Origin: Candidatus Sericytochromatia bacterium
GTDB lineage: Bacteria > Cyanobacteriota > Sericytochromatia > S15B-MN24 > UBA4093
Assembly: GCA_036676495.1 (NCBI GenBank)
Contig: JAKFCT010000032.1
Span: 1-26,466, forward strand
Length of the DNA stretch: 26,466 bases
Direction: 5' to 3'
Part shown: positions 9,324-17,942 of the stretch, piece after piece
How the letters are laid out: each line of letters starts with the position of its first letter
Position numbering within the stretch: the first letter of the stretch is position 1
Program-made: the position numbers and the translations under genes
Notes under the pieces: model-generated
The model's input: only the letters and a program-made list of their open reading frames with translations
The model's database searches: none
Told to the model about the DNA's origin: nothing

Positions 9324-9752
9324 ATGGCACTTTCCCGTTGGGAGCCCACGACAGGCATGCGCTCCCTGAGAGATCAGATCAACCGGATGTTCGAGGACGT
9401 GATGGGCTCGAGCCTCAACCTGGGTTTGCCCGCCGTCGACGTCTACCAGCGCGATCACGAGATGGTGGTGGAAGCCGAGTTGCCCGGCCTCGACCTGAAG
9501 GACGTGGAAGTCAGCGCCACCGAGGACAGCATCACCATTCGCGGCCAGAGCCGCTTCGAGCGCGAGGTGAAGGAGGAGAATCTCTTCCGCTCCGAGCGCC
9601 GTCTCGGCATGATCAATCGCACCCTCGAGCTCCCCACCCCCATCAAGCCGGAAGAGACCAAGGCGTCGTTCAAGAACGGCGTGCTGACCATCCTGGCCCC
9701 GATCGCCGAGGGGGTCAAACCCCGCAAGGTCCAGATCTCGGAAGAGGGCTGA
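9324..9752 (+). CDS. Small heat-shock protein Hsp20/alpha-crystallin family
   Basis: PAVDVY, AELPG, SERRLG...RTLELP, ASFKNGVLTI and C-terminal VQI (IXI-type) motif. GGAGG SD. Confidence 0.95.
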   Translation: MALSRWEPTTGMRSLRDQINRMFEDVMGSSLNLGLPAVDVYQRDHEMVVEAELPGLDLKDVEVSATEDSITIRGQSRFEREVKEENLFRSERRLGMINRTLELPTPIKPEETKASFKNGVLTILAPIAEGVKPRKVQISEEG

Positions 9753-9766
9753 ACGCTTGTAGCCAT

Positions 9767-9800
9767 GCGCCGCCGGCCGGAGTCGGCGGCGTTTAGTTTT
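9767..9800 (+). terminator. Rho-independent terminator of hsp20
   Basis: GCGCCGCCGGC-CGGA-GTCGGCGGCGT followed by TTAGTTTT. Confidence 0.75.
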
Positions 9801-9843
9801 GATGCCGGAGGGTATAGAGGGTTGGGGTACACATCCTCAACTA

Positions 9844-10015
9844 AACTGACAGGAGGTACGCGCTTATGGATTGTAAGAGTACGACGGGCTTCGAGGTGTT
9901 GCACTTGGAGGTCAGCCCTACCCTGTAGCGGGCGCAAGCCACCGCTCCGCGCGGATGGCCTGATTCCTGTCAACATCGACGACTACCGGCGGGTCCCTTC
10001 GGGGGCCCGCCGTTT
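9844..10015 (+). ncRNA. Candidate structured small RNA or leader (~170 nt)
   Basis: Nested pairings TGACAGGA/TCCTGTCA (9847-9854/9965-9972), CGCGC/GCGCG, GGGCT/AGCCC, a GCAA-tetraloop hairpin at 9927-9946, and an 11-bp cUUCGg hairpin at 9987-10012 followed by TTT. Wobbles and tetraloops are consistent with the + strand. Confidence 0.45.
9866..9928 (+). CDS. Candidate 20-aa small ORF or leader peptide MDCKSTTGFEVLHLEVSPTL
   Basis: ATG at 9866 preceded by AGGAGG (9851-9856); TAG at 9926-9928. Below the ORF-track cutoff; no recognisable family. Confidence 0.35.
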   Translation: MDCKSTTGFEVLHLEVSPTL

Positions 10016-10059
10016 GCTCCCCCTTGCCGCTCGCTTTCCTGTCAGTTCGAAGGAGTCCC

Positions 10060-10572
10060 ATGCTCACGCTGAAACCCGCTCTCCCCTCCGATGTCCCGAC
10101 CATTCTCGCGCTGATCCAGGAGCTGGCCACCTACGAGAAGCTCCAGCACGAGGTGGAGGCCGACCCCGAGGCGCTGCATGCGCACCTCTTCGGGCCCCGG
10201 CCGTTCATCGAGGTGATCCTGGCCGACTGGGAGGGCGAGATCGCCGGCTTCGCCCTGTTCTTCCACAACTACTCGACGTTTTTGACCAAGCCCGGAATTT
10301 ACCTGGAAGATCTCTACGTCCGGCCCGCGCATCGCGGCCGGGGGATCGGCAAGGCGCTCCTGGCGGAATTGGCTCGCCTCGCGGTTTCCCGGGGCTGCGG
10401 GCGGCTGGAATGGAGCGTGCTCGACTGGAACACGCCGGCCATCGGCTTCTACGAAAGCCTGGGCGCACGTCCCATGGACGAGTGGACAGTCTACCGGTTG
10501 ACAGGAGATAATCTGAAACGCGTGGCAGCCCTAGGTGGTGCATCGGTCACAGAAGCCGGGATCATCGACTGA
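10060..10572 (+). CDS. GNAT N-acetyltransferase, SSAT/diamine (thialysine) acetyltransferase-like
   Basis: ELATYEK, NYSTF, YLEDLYV, acetyl-CoA motif RGRGIG, WSVLDWNTPAIGFYESLGA. Start reassigned to ATG 10060 with AAGGAG SD. Confidence 0.92.
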   Translation: MLTLKPALPSDVPTILALIQELATYEKLQHEVEADPEALHAHLFGPRPFIEVILADWEGEIAGFALFFHNYSTFLTKPGIYLEDLYVRPAHRGRGIGKALLAELARLAVSRGCGRLEWSVLDWNTPAIGFYESLGARPMDEWTVYRLTGDNLKRVAALGGASVTEAGIID

Positions 10573-10799
10573 TAAGCTGACTCGCCGTGGAGCAGGGAAA
10601 CGCGCTCTACACCGCATGACGAGCGCTTCCTGCATCCAGCGACGCGGGAGCGACACGTGCCGAAACAACCGTTCCGTCGCGCCGCCCGGCGGCCCGCGGA
10701 GGCGACACGCCTGGTTGATTGAGGTGCGGTAAGCCGGGGGGCGCCCCATCGACGCCCGACGCAATCGGGTACAAAGGGAATCTAAGGGAGGAATTCACT

Positions 10800-11075
10800 G
10801 TGAACAAAGAAGAACTCATCGACGCGATCGCCAAGGATGCCAGCCTCTCCAAGGCCGCTGCCGGCCAGGCGCTCAACGCCGTCCTCAACGCCATCACCGG
10901 CGCCCTCAGCCAGGGCGACAAGGTGACGCTGGTGGGCTTCGGCACCTTCGAGACCCGCGAGCGCGCCGCCCGCGAAGGCCGCAACCCCCAGACCGGTGCG
11001 ACCATCCAGATTGCCGCCAAGAAGGTCCCCGTCTGGACCCCCGGCAAGGCTCTCAAGGACGCCGTCTCCAAGTAA
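10800..11075 (+). CDS. hup: HU family DNA-binding protein
   Basis: [11 protein letters not shown]...VTLVGFGTF...[12 protein letters not shown]...PGKALKDAV, 91 aa. GTG start at 10800 with GGGAGG SD. Confidence 0.96.
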   Translation: MNKEELIDAIAKDASLSKAAAGQALNAVLNAITGALSQGDKVTLVGFGTFETRERAAREGRNPQTGATIQIAAKKVPVWTPGKALKDAVSK

Positions 11076-11087
11076 CTTCACCCCGTG

Positions 11088-11130
11088 CGACGCGGGTCCC
11101 GGCCAGCCGGGGCCCGCGTCGTCGTCTTCT
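11088..11130 (+). terminator. Stem-loop or terminator after hup
   Basis: 16-bp inverted repeat CGACGCGGGTCCCGGC / GCCGGGGCCCGCGTCG followed by TCGTCTTCT (weak U tract). Confidence 0.6.
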
Positions 11131-11182
11131 CCGCGCCGCATGACGGGTGGGTATCGCGGCGCAAATCTGCTAAAGTGGGGAA

Positions 11183-13111
11183 ATGGACGTCTTCAGCGGA
11201 GAACCTCTCCTTTCCCTCAACACCCTCACCCAGCGCCATTCCGGCCGCGTCATCCTCGACGGCGTCTCGCTCACCGTCCACCGCGGCAACCGGCTCGGCC
11301 TCTTGGGCCTCAACGGAGCCGGCAAGTCCACCCTGCTGCGCCTGATGGCGGGCATCGAGAAGCCGGATGAAGGCTCCGTCACCCGCGCCCGCGACCTCTC
11401 GCTCGGCTTCCTGGACCAGGAGTTCGGGCTCGATCCCGACGCCACCGTCCGGCAAAGCATCGAGGACGGCGTCGCCGAGGTCCGCTCCCTCCTGAACCGC
11501 TACCATGACCTCAGCGCCCGCCTCGGCGACGAGCCCGAGCTGGCCGGCGAGCAGGCCGCCCTGCAAGACGAGATCGAGCGCCGGGACGCCTGGAACCTCG
11601 ATCACGAGGTCGACCGGATCATGGGCCACCTGAGCGTGCCGCCTGCCGACAAGCCCATCTCGCAGCTTTCCGGCGGCGAGAAGCGCCGGGTCACCCTCTG
11701 CCGGACGCTCGTCGCCCACCCCGACCTCTTGATCCTGGACGAGCCCACCAACCACCTCGACTCCGCCTCCATCGAATGGCTGGAAGGCTTCCTCGCCGAT
11801 TACCGGGGCACCCTGGTGCTGGTCACCCACGACCGCTACTTCCTCGACCGGGTCGCCGACCGCATGATCGAGCTGGAGCGCGGCAAGCTCACGGAGTACG
11901 TCGGCAACTACTCCGAGTACCTGCTCCAGAAAGCCATGAAGGCCGAGTGGGACGCCCGTGCCGAGCAAGCGCGCCAGGGCATGCTGCGCCGCGAGGTCGA
12001 ATGGGTCCGCAAGCAGCCCAAGGCCCGCAGCACCAAGCAGAAGGCCCGCGTGGAGCGCTTCGAGGAGCTCGCCGCCAACGCGCCGCCGCCGCCTCCGGGG
12101 GAAGTGGACCTCCTGATCCCCTCCGGCCCGCGCCTCGGCAACAAGGTCGTCGACGTCAAGGACCTGGGCAAGGGCTTCGGAGACCGCACGCTCTTCGCGG
12201 GGCTCAGCTTCAGCATGAAGGCGGGCGATCGCATCGGCGTCGTCGGCCCCAACGGCATGGGCAAGACCACCCTCATGCGCATCCTCATGGGCCTCGACAC
12301 CCCGGACGCGGGCTCCGTCGACGTCGGAGTCAACACCAAGTTCCTTTACGCCGATCAGGGCCGCAACCGGCTCGATCCGGAGAAGACGGTGCTCGACGAG
12401 GTCGCCGGCGACGCCCAGTGGGTCACCATCGGAGGCCAGCAGGTCTCCGTGCGGGCCTACCTGCGGCGCTTCCTCTTCACCGACGAGCAAGCCGCCACCC
12501 CCGTCAAGCGGCTCTCCGGCGGCGAGCAGAACCGGGTCCAGCTGGCCAAGCTGCTGCGCGAGGGCGGCAACGTGCTGATCCTCGACGAGCCCACCAACGA
12601 CCTGGATCTTCCCACCCTGCGCGTGCTCGAGGAGGCCCTGGTGGCCTTCGAGGGCTGCGCCTTCGTGGTCTCGCACGACCGCTACTTCCTGAACCGGGTC
12701 GCGACCTCGATCCTCGCCTTCGAGGGGGACGGCCGCGTCGTCCTGTTGGCCGGCGGTTACGAGCGCTACCTGGACTGGAAGGAACAGCAAACCCAGGCGG
12801 CCCTACTGGCTGCGAAGGGCGCCAAGGCGGAGGCCCCCAAGCCGGAGGCCGGCCGCGAGAAGGCCGCGGGCCCGCGCAAGCTGAGCTTCAAGGAGCGCGA
12901 GGAACTGGCGGGCATCGAAAGCCGGATCGAAGCGGCCGAGACCGAGCTCGCGGGCCTCGAGGCCACGCTGGCCGATCCCAGCCTCTACGCCGAGCGCGGC
13001 GCGGACGTGCCGGACCTGTTGGCGGCCGCGGATGCGGCCCGCGCGCATGTCGAGACGCTCTACCAACGCTGGGAAGAGCTCGAAGCGCTCCGCGAGGCCG
13101 CCGCGACCTAA
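11183..13111 (+). CDS. ABC-F family ATPase (Uup-like) with C-terminal coiled coil
   Basis: Two NBDs ([22 protein letters not shown] and [22 protein letters not shown]), inter-domain linker, KLSFKE...RWEELE C-terminal domain, no TM segments. Confidence 0.93.
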   Translation: MDVFSGEPLLSLNTLTQRHSGRVILDGVSLTVHRGNRLGLLGLNGAGKSTLLRLMAGIEKPDEGSVTRARDLSLGFLDQEFGLDPDATVRQSIEDGVAEVRSLLNRYHDLSARLGDEPELAGEQAALQDEIERRDAWNLDHEVDRIMGHLSVPPADKPISQLSGGEKRRVTLCRTLVAHPDLLILDEPTNHLDSASIEWLEGFLADYRGTLVLVTHDRYFLDRVADRMIELERGKLTEYVGNYSEYLLQKAMKAEWDARAEQARQGMLRREVEWVRKQPKARSTKQKARVERFEELAANAPPPPPGEVDLLIPSGPRLGNKVVDVKDLGKGFGDRTLFAGLSFSMKAGDRIGVVGPNGMGKTTLMRILMGLDTPDAGSVDVGVNTKFLYADQGRNRLDPEKTVLDEVAGDAQWVTIGGQQVSVRAYLRRFLFTDEQAATPVKRLSGGEQNRVQLAKLLREGGNVLILDEPTNDLDLPTLRVLEEALVAFEGCAFVVSHDRYFLNRVATSILAFEGDGRVVLLAGGYERYLDWKEQQTQAALLAAKGAKAEAPKPEAGREKAAGPRKLSFKEREELAGIESRIEAAETELAGLEATLADPSLYAERGADVPDLLAAADAARAHVETLYQRWEELEALREAAAT

Positions 13112-13159
13112 TTCCCTCAGGTCATGCCGCGGGTGCTCGCGGGAGACCCCCCTCGAGTC

Positions 13160-13168
13160 TGCTATAAT
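13160..13168 (+). promoter_or_regulatory. Extended -10 promoter (TGcTATAAT) for CNNM gene
   Basis: TGCTATAAT about 75 nt upstream of ATG 13244. Confidence 0.6.
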
Positions 13169-13243
13169 GTCGCGGGGAGGACCTTCCTCTCCGCGTTTAC
13201 CTTTCAAAGGAGGATTTCCAGCGCCGCGCCTGCGGCCCAAACC

Positions 13244-14563
13244 ATGGACACATTTAGTATAGGGTGGAACCTTTTTCTCGTACTGTTTTTCACCCTCCTC
13301 AACGGATTCTTCGTCGCCGCCGAGTTTGCGATGGTGAAGGTCCGTCAGTCCCGGCTTCAGCAGCTCGCCCTCGAGGGCAACGCCATGGCGCGGACTGCGC
13401 AGCAGGTCACCGGCCACCTCGATGCCTACCTCTCGGCGTGTCAGCTGGGCATCACCCTCTCCTCGCTCGCCCTGGGCGCCCTGGGAGAACCCGCCATCGC
13501 GCGCCTGATCGAGCCGGCCATGTCCGCGATCGGCATCCCCGAAGCGCTGACCCACACCATCGCCTTCGCGATCGCCTTCTCCGTCATCACGTTCATGCAC
13601 ATCGTCTTCGGAGAGCTGGCTCCCAAGTCGCTCGCCATCCGCAAGGCCGAGGAAACCACCCTCTGGACCGCCACCCCGCTCAAGGGCTTCTACACCCTCT
13701 TCTTTCCGGCCATCTGGGCCCTCCAGGGCGTGGCCAACTGGACCCTCAAGCTCTTCAAGATCGAACCGGTCAGCGAGCATGAGGCGGCCCACACCGAAGA
13801 GGAAATCCGCATCCTCATGAACGAGTCGGCCAAGTCCGGGCACATCGACCAGACCGAAATGGCCCTCTTCGAGAAGATCTTCCACTTCTCGGACCGGCTG
13901 GCCCGCGAGGTCATGGTCCCCCGCGTCGACATGATCTGCCTGGATCGCAACGACCCCTTCGAGGAGAACCTGGCCACGGCCCTGCGCGAGGAGCACACCC
14001 GCTACCCGGTCTGCGACGGCTCCAAGGACAACATCGTGGGCTTCGTCCACATCAAGGACCTCTACACCAACGATGGCCAGAACCTCGACAAAATCACCCG
14101 CCAGATCCTGGCGGTGCCGGGCTCGGTCGAGATCTCGGCCGTCCTCAAGCAGATGCAGAAGGCCAAGACCCACATGGCCATCGTCATGGACGAGTACGGC
14201 GGCACCGCCGGCATGGTCACCATCGAGGACATCCTCGAGGAGCTCGTCGGAGAGATCCAGGACGAGTTCGACGTCGAGCGCGCCCCCATCGAGCAGAAGG
14301 GCGACGTCTACTCGCTGGACGGCCGCCTCCTGATCGAAGAGGTCAACGAGACCTTCGACCTCGATATCGAGGCCGAGGAAGACTCGATCGGCGGCTGGCT
14401 CTACTCGCAGCTCGGCCACGACCCCCTGGTCGGGGAGTTCGTCGAGATATCGAACGTCCGCTTCACGGTCGCCGAGGTCGATCACCTCCGGATCACCCGC
14501 GTCACCCTCGAGAAAATCGTCCCGGAACCCACGCCGGAACCCGCCGAAGAACAAGCCGAATAA
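13244..14563 (+). CDS. Hemolysin-family CNNM/DUF21-CBS-CorC transporter (probable Mg2+/Co2+ efflux)
   Basis: NGFFVAAEFA, QLGIT, GELAPK, VMVPR, HTRYPV, DEYGGTAGMVTIEDILEELVGEIQDEFD. Start reassigned to ATG 13244 (MDTFSIG). Confidence 0.93.
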   Translation: MDTFSIGWNLFLVLFFTLLNGFFVAAEFAMVKVRQSRLQQLALEGNAMARTAQQVTGHLDAYLSACQLGITLSSLALGALGEPAIARLIEPAMSAIGIPEALTHTIAFAIAFSVITFMHIVFGELAPKSLAIRKAEETTLWTATPLKGFYTLFFPAIWALQGVANWTLKLFKIEPVSEHEAAHTEEEIRILMNESAKSGHIDQTEMALFEKIFHFSDRLAREVMVPRVDMICLDRNDPFEENLATALREEHTRYPVCDGSKDNIVGFVHIKDLYTNDGQNLDKITRQILAVPGSVEISAVLKQMQKAKTHMAIVMDEYGGTAGMVTIEDILEELVGEIQDEFDVERAPIEQKGDVYSLDGRLLIEEVNETFDLDIEAEEDSIGGWLYSQLGHDPLVGEFVEISNVRFTVAEVDHLRITRVTLEKIVPEPTPEPAEEQAE

Positions 14564-14570
14564 CCGAAAC

Positions 14571-14599
14571 CAAGAGGCTGGGCTGCGCCCAGCCTCTTG
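14571..14599 (+). terminator. Stem-loop after CNNM gene
   Basis: 13-bp perfect stem CAAGAGGCTGGGC / GCCCAGCCTCTTG; poor U tract. Confidence 0.55.
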
Positions 14600-14612
14600 C
14601 GCCGTTTGGGAC

Positions 14613-14642
14613 TTGTAGTTTAAGAACTCCTTAAGCTAGACT
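14613..14642 (+). promoter_or_regulatory. Putative promoter with TTAA-N7-TTAA operator (copy 2) in its spacer
   Basis: TTGTAG, 18-nt spacer, TAGACT; the spacer contains TTAAGAACTCCTTAA (14620-14634). Confidence 0.45.
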
Positions 14643-14695
14643 GAGGAAGTCAGCGCTCCGCCCCGAAGCCATACGACTCGCCAGAGGAGGACTCC

Positions 14696-16168
14696 GTGCA
14701 CGCGATCCGGTCGCTCGTCCTGACCCTCGTATCCGCCAGTGTCCTGACAGGCTGCAGCCTGGCGGACCAGGGGCGCTCCCTCCTGGGAGGCGACACGCCC
14801 TCGGGCCCCGTCGCGTTCACCCACTCCTCCGGCAAGGCCGCGGTCCTTCTCCACTACGGCGATCGCGACAAGCTGACCCAGCTCATGGGCTCCGGGCTCG
14901 ATCTCTGGTCGGTGGACAACGCCAAGCGCCAGGCCATGGCCGCCGCCACCCCCGCCCAGGTGGAACAGGCCAAGCGATTGGGCATGCGGGTCTCCCAGCT
15001 GCCCGACAAGCGCCTCTTCAACCGCTTCGACGCGGGCTACCACTCCTACGAGCAAATCGCCACGCAGCTCCGCGGGCTCGCGCAGCGGCGCCCCGACCTG
15101 GCGAGCGTGGTCGACCTCGGGGACTCCTGGGAGAAGACCCAGACGCGGGCCGATCGCGACATTCTCGCCCTCAAGGTCGGCAAGGGAACGGGCAAGCCCG
15201 TCATCCTCTTCGCCGCCTGCCACCATCCCCGCGAGCTGGTCACCCCCGAGATGGTCCTGCGCATGGCCTATCGGCTGATCGATCAGTACGGCCAGGACCC
15301 CGAGATCACCGCCTGGGTGGACACGCGCGAGATCTGGCTGGTCCCCATGGTCAATCCGGACGGCCATGCGCTGGCCTCCAAGGGCCAGAACCAGCGCAAG
15401 AACACCAACGACGTCTCCGGCGGCAAGCGCCGGGTCGGGGTCGACCTGAACCGCAACTACGCCACCGCCTGGGGCACCGTCGGCGACAGCCCCCAGCCGG
15501 AGTCGGACACCTTCCGCGGCAAGACCCCCTTCTCCGAGCCCGAGACCCAGGCCATGCGCGACCTCATGACCGCGAAGAAGCCCGTCTTCCTGCTGACCTT
15601 CCACTCCTTCAGCAACATGGTGCTCTGGCCCTGGGACCACAAGAACGAACCCGCCCCCGATCCGCGCCTCTCCGCCATCGGCAAGGAGTTGGGCAAGCTC
15701 TCCGGCTACAAGGCCCAGCAGGGCTCCGAGCTTTACCTGAACGGCGGGGACGACGTCGACTGGGCCTTCGAGAAGCTGGGCACGCTCTCGTACACCATCG
15801 AGATCGGCTCCTGGAACGACGGCTTCGATCCTCCGTACGCGCGGGTCGATCGCTTCTGGCAGGAAAACCTCCCGATGATGCTCTACGCCCTCAAGGTCGC
15901 CGATCGGCCCGCTCAGGTCTTCGGTCCCGCCCTCTCGGATCCCGAGGTCTCGGCCGCGGGCGTCCGCGTCCGCTCCGAGGTGCCCTTGCAGCGTGCCGAG
16001 GCCTTCCTGGGAGCGCCCGGCGCTTCCGGCACGGGCATGCCCCTGAGCGTCTCGGGGCTCGAGGCCCATGGCGCGCTCGCGCTGCCCGAGAGCCGGCAAT
16101 TGCTCTGGGTGCATGCTCAGGGAGCGAACGGCGAGTGGGGGCCCTGGGAAGTGACCTGGAGCCGCTAG
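14696..16168 (+). CDS. M14 zinc carboxypeptidase (carboxypeptidase T-like), predicted lipoprotein
   Basis: Lipobox LTGC; HPRE (HxxE), VNPDG, RKN, GVDLNRN, FSEPET, TFHSF, IEIG. GTG start with GAGGAGG SD. Confidence 0.92.
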   Translation: MHAIRSLVLTLVSASVLTGCSLADQGRSLLGGDTPSGPVAFTHSSGKAAVLLHYGDRDKLTQLMGSGLDLWSVDNAKRQAMAAATPAQVEQAKRLGMRVSQLPDKRLFNRFDAGYHSYEQIATQLRGLAQRRPDLASVVDLGDSWEKTQTRADRDILALKVGKGTGKPVILFAACHHPRELVTPEMVLRMAYRLIDQYGQDPEITAWVDTREIWLVPMVNPDGHALASKGQNQRKNTNDVSGGKRRVGVDLNRNYATAWGTVGDSPQPESDTFRGKTPFSEPETQAMRDLMTAKKPVFLLTFHSFSNMVLWPWDHKNEPAPDPRLSAIGKELGKLSGYKAQQGSELYLNGGDDVDWAFEKLGTLSYTIEIGSWNDGFDPPYARVDRFWQENLPMMLYALKVADRPAQVFGPALSDPEVSAAGVRVRSEVPLQRAEAFLGAPGASGTGMPLSVSGLEAHGALALPESRQLLWVHAQGANGEWGPWEVTWSR

Positions 16169-16214
16169 CGCCCGCGGCGCGACCGCCGCGGCTAGAGGGT
16201 AAGGACCCGAACCC

Positions 16215-17942
16215 ATGATCGATCCCATACTCGCCCATGAATTCCTGCTGGCGGTCATCATCGGGGGCTTGACCGGACGCCTCGTCGACTTCGGCGCGGT
16301 GCAGCTGCTGTTCCGTCCCTACCGCCGCCGGGTCGTCGCGGGCATCCCGCTGCACGGCGTGCTTCCCGCCCGGCAGGATGCCTTGGCCCGGCAGCTCGCC
16401 AACATGATCTCCGAGCGCCTCCTCAACGAGGACGCCCTCTCGGCCTTCCTGCAGAGCCCCGGCATGGAGGCGAAGCTGCGCGAGAACGTCCAGGAAGCCG
16501 TCGAACGCGCGGTCTCCCGCGAGCTGCCCTCGATCCGAGACGCGCTCTGCGCCCTGCTGCCGGAGGCGACGGCGGAGGGCCGCGCCTCAGAGGTGATTGA
16601 TCAAGAGGTCGACGTCATCTGCGGCTGGCTGGCGGAGCAGGTGGTCGCCTTCGCGCTGTCGGAAGCCTTCCTGACGCAGATCTCGGACGTCATCTCGGGC
16701 TACCTGCGGGATCGGCGGGACGCCACCCTCGAGGAGCTGCTCGCGCCTCCGCTCTTCGACGCCTTCGATCGCTTCCTGGAGACGGTCGTCACGCATGCCC
16801 CCGAGCAGCTTCCCAAGCTGCTGGCCGACGTCGACCTCAAGCTCAAGCAGCTGGGCCCCCTTTCGGAGCTCTTGCCCGAGGAGACCCTGCAGGCGGCCCG
16901 TCGCGAGATTCACGCCAACCTCCCCGACTGGCTGCAATCCCTCGAAACCATGCTGCGCCAGAAGGAGGCCATGGCCTGGATCGAGAAGCACGTCCTCGAT
17001 TTGCTGGTCAACCTGATCCTGGGCCTCCCGCGCCAGAACCTTTTCGACGAGTTTCTGGGCTGGATGGTACGAACCCAGCTGCGCGAGGAGGATGCCTTCC
17101 TGAGGAAACGCGTGCTGGAGGCCATCCCGGATCAAGCCAAGCGGCTGCGCGAGCAGCTCATGAGCCCGGATACGGGGCCCGCGCTGCGCAAGAAGATCGA
17201 TCTCTTCCTCGACGACCTGGTGAACGTGCCGATCGCGCAGCGGTACACCGCGATTCCCGAGGAGCTGCGCCGGAAGGCCGGGACGGCCCTGGCGGCCCTG
17301 CTGGAGAGCGAGGGGGCGATCGCCACCTACCGCACCTGGACCGCCCGGTTGATGGTCGGAGCCCGTCGCACGCCGCTCAGGGACGTCCTTCCTTCCGATC
17401 TCAAGGAAGGCGATCCCCGCTCGATCCAGAACGCCGTCTCCGGGGTGATGAGCTTCGCCGTGGAGCTGATGCGCGGTCCCCAGCTGCGCGAGCAACTCCA
17501 GGCGGCCATCCGCTCGGGCGTCTCCTACCTGCTCACCCTTCCCATCGGCCAGTTGCGGGAGCGCCTCGGCGAGGAGCGGCTCGAGCGCATCCAGGACACC
17601 CTGAGCGTCCAGGTCATCAGCCTGGCGCGCAAGGAGGCCCCGCGCCTGTCCCGCATGATCGACATCCGCACCATCGTGGAGGCCAAGGTCAAGGAAGCCG
17701 ATCCGCGCGAAATCGAGCGCGCCGTCAAGGGACTCGCGCGCAAGGAGCTCAACTCCATCTTCACCAAGGGGCTTTACGGCGGTATCGTCATCAGCACCAT
17801 GCTCACCACCGTGCTACTGGGTCTCGAGCACGTGCTGAACCGCGTCTATCCCGGCTCCGGGTTCTGGGCGATCGGCTTACTGGGGGCGTTCCTGCTGTAC
17901 CTGGCCGGCAGCAAGCTCCGGATCCCCGAGCCGCGCTCCTGA
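16215..17942 (+). CDS. DUF445 family membrane-anchored protein
   Basis: N-terminal TM followed by LLFRPY...GVLPARQDALA; long helical middle; C-terminal EIERAVKGLARKELNSI...GG followed by TM helices. Confidence 0.8.
   Translation: MIDPILAHEFLLAVIIGGLTGRLVDFGAVQLLFRPYRRRVVAGIPLHGVLPARQDALARQLANMISERLLNEDALSAFLQSPGMEAKLRENVQEAVERAVSRELPSIRDALCALLPEATAEGRASEVIDQEVDVICGWLAEQVVAFALSEAFLTQISDVISGYLRDRRDATLEELLAPPLFDAFDRFLETVVTHAPEQLPKLLADVDLKLKQLGPLSELLPEETLQAARREIHANLPDWLQSLETMLRQKEAMAWIEKHVLDLLVNLILGLPRQNLFDEFLGWMVRTQLREEDAFLRKRVLEAIPDQAKRLREQLMSPDTGPALRKKIDLFLDDLVNVPIAQRYTAIPEELRRKAGTALAALLESEGAIATYRTWTARLMVGARRTPLRDVLPSDLKEGDPRSIQNAVSGVMSFAVELMRGPQLREQLQAAIRSGVSYLLTLPIGQLRERLGEERLERIQDTLSVQVISLARKEAPRLSRMIDIRTIVEAKVKEADPREIERAVKGLARKELNSIFTKGLYGGIVISTMLTTVLLGLEHVLNRVYPGSGFWAIGLLGAFLLYLAGSKLRIPEPRS

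Noticed and set aside
9927-9960. GGGCGCAAGCCAC resembling the c-di-GMP-I riboswitch GGGACGCAAAGCC
   Set aside because: Lacks the upstream GGCAAA and GAAA-tetraloop P2 and the receptor stem.
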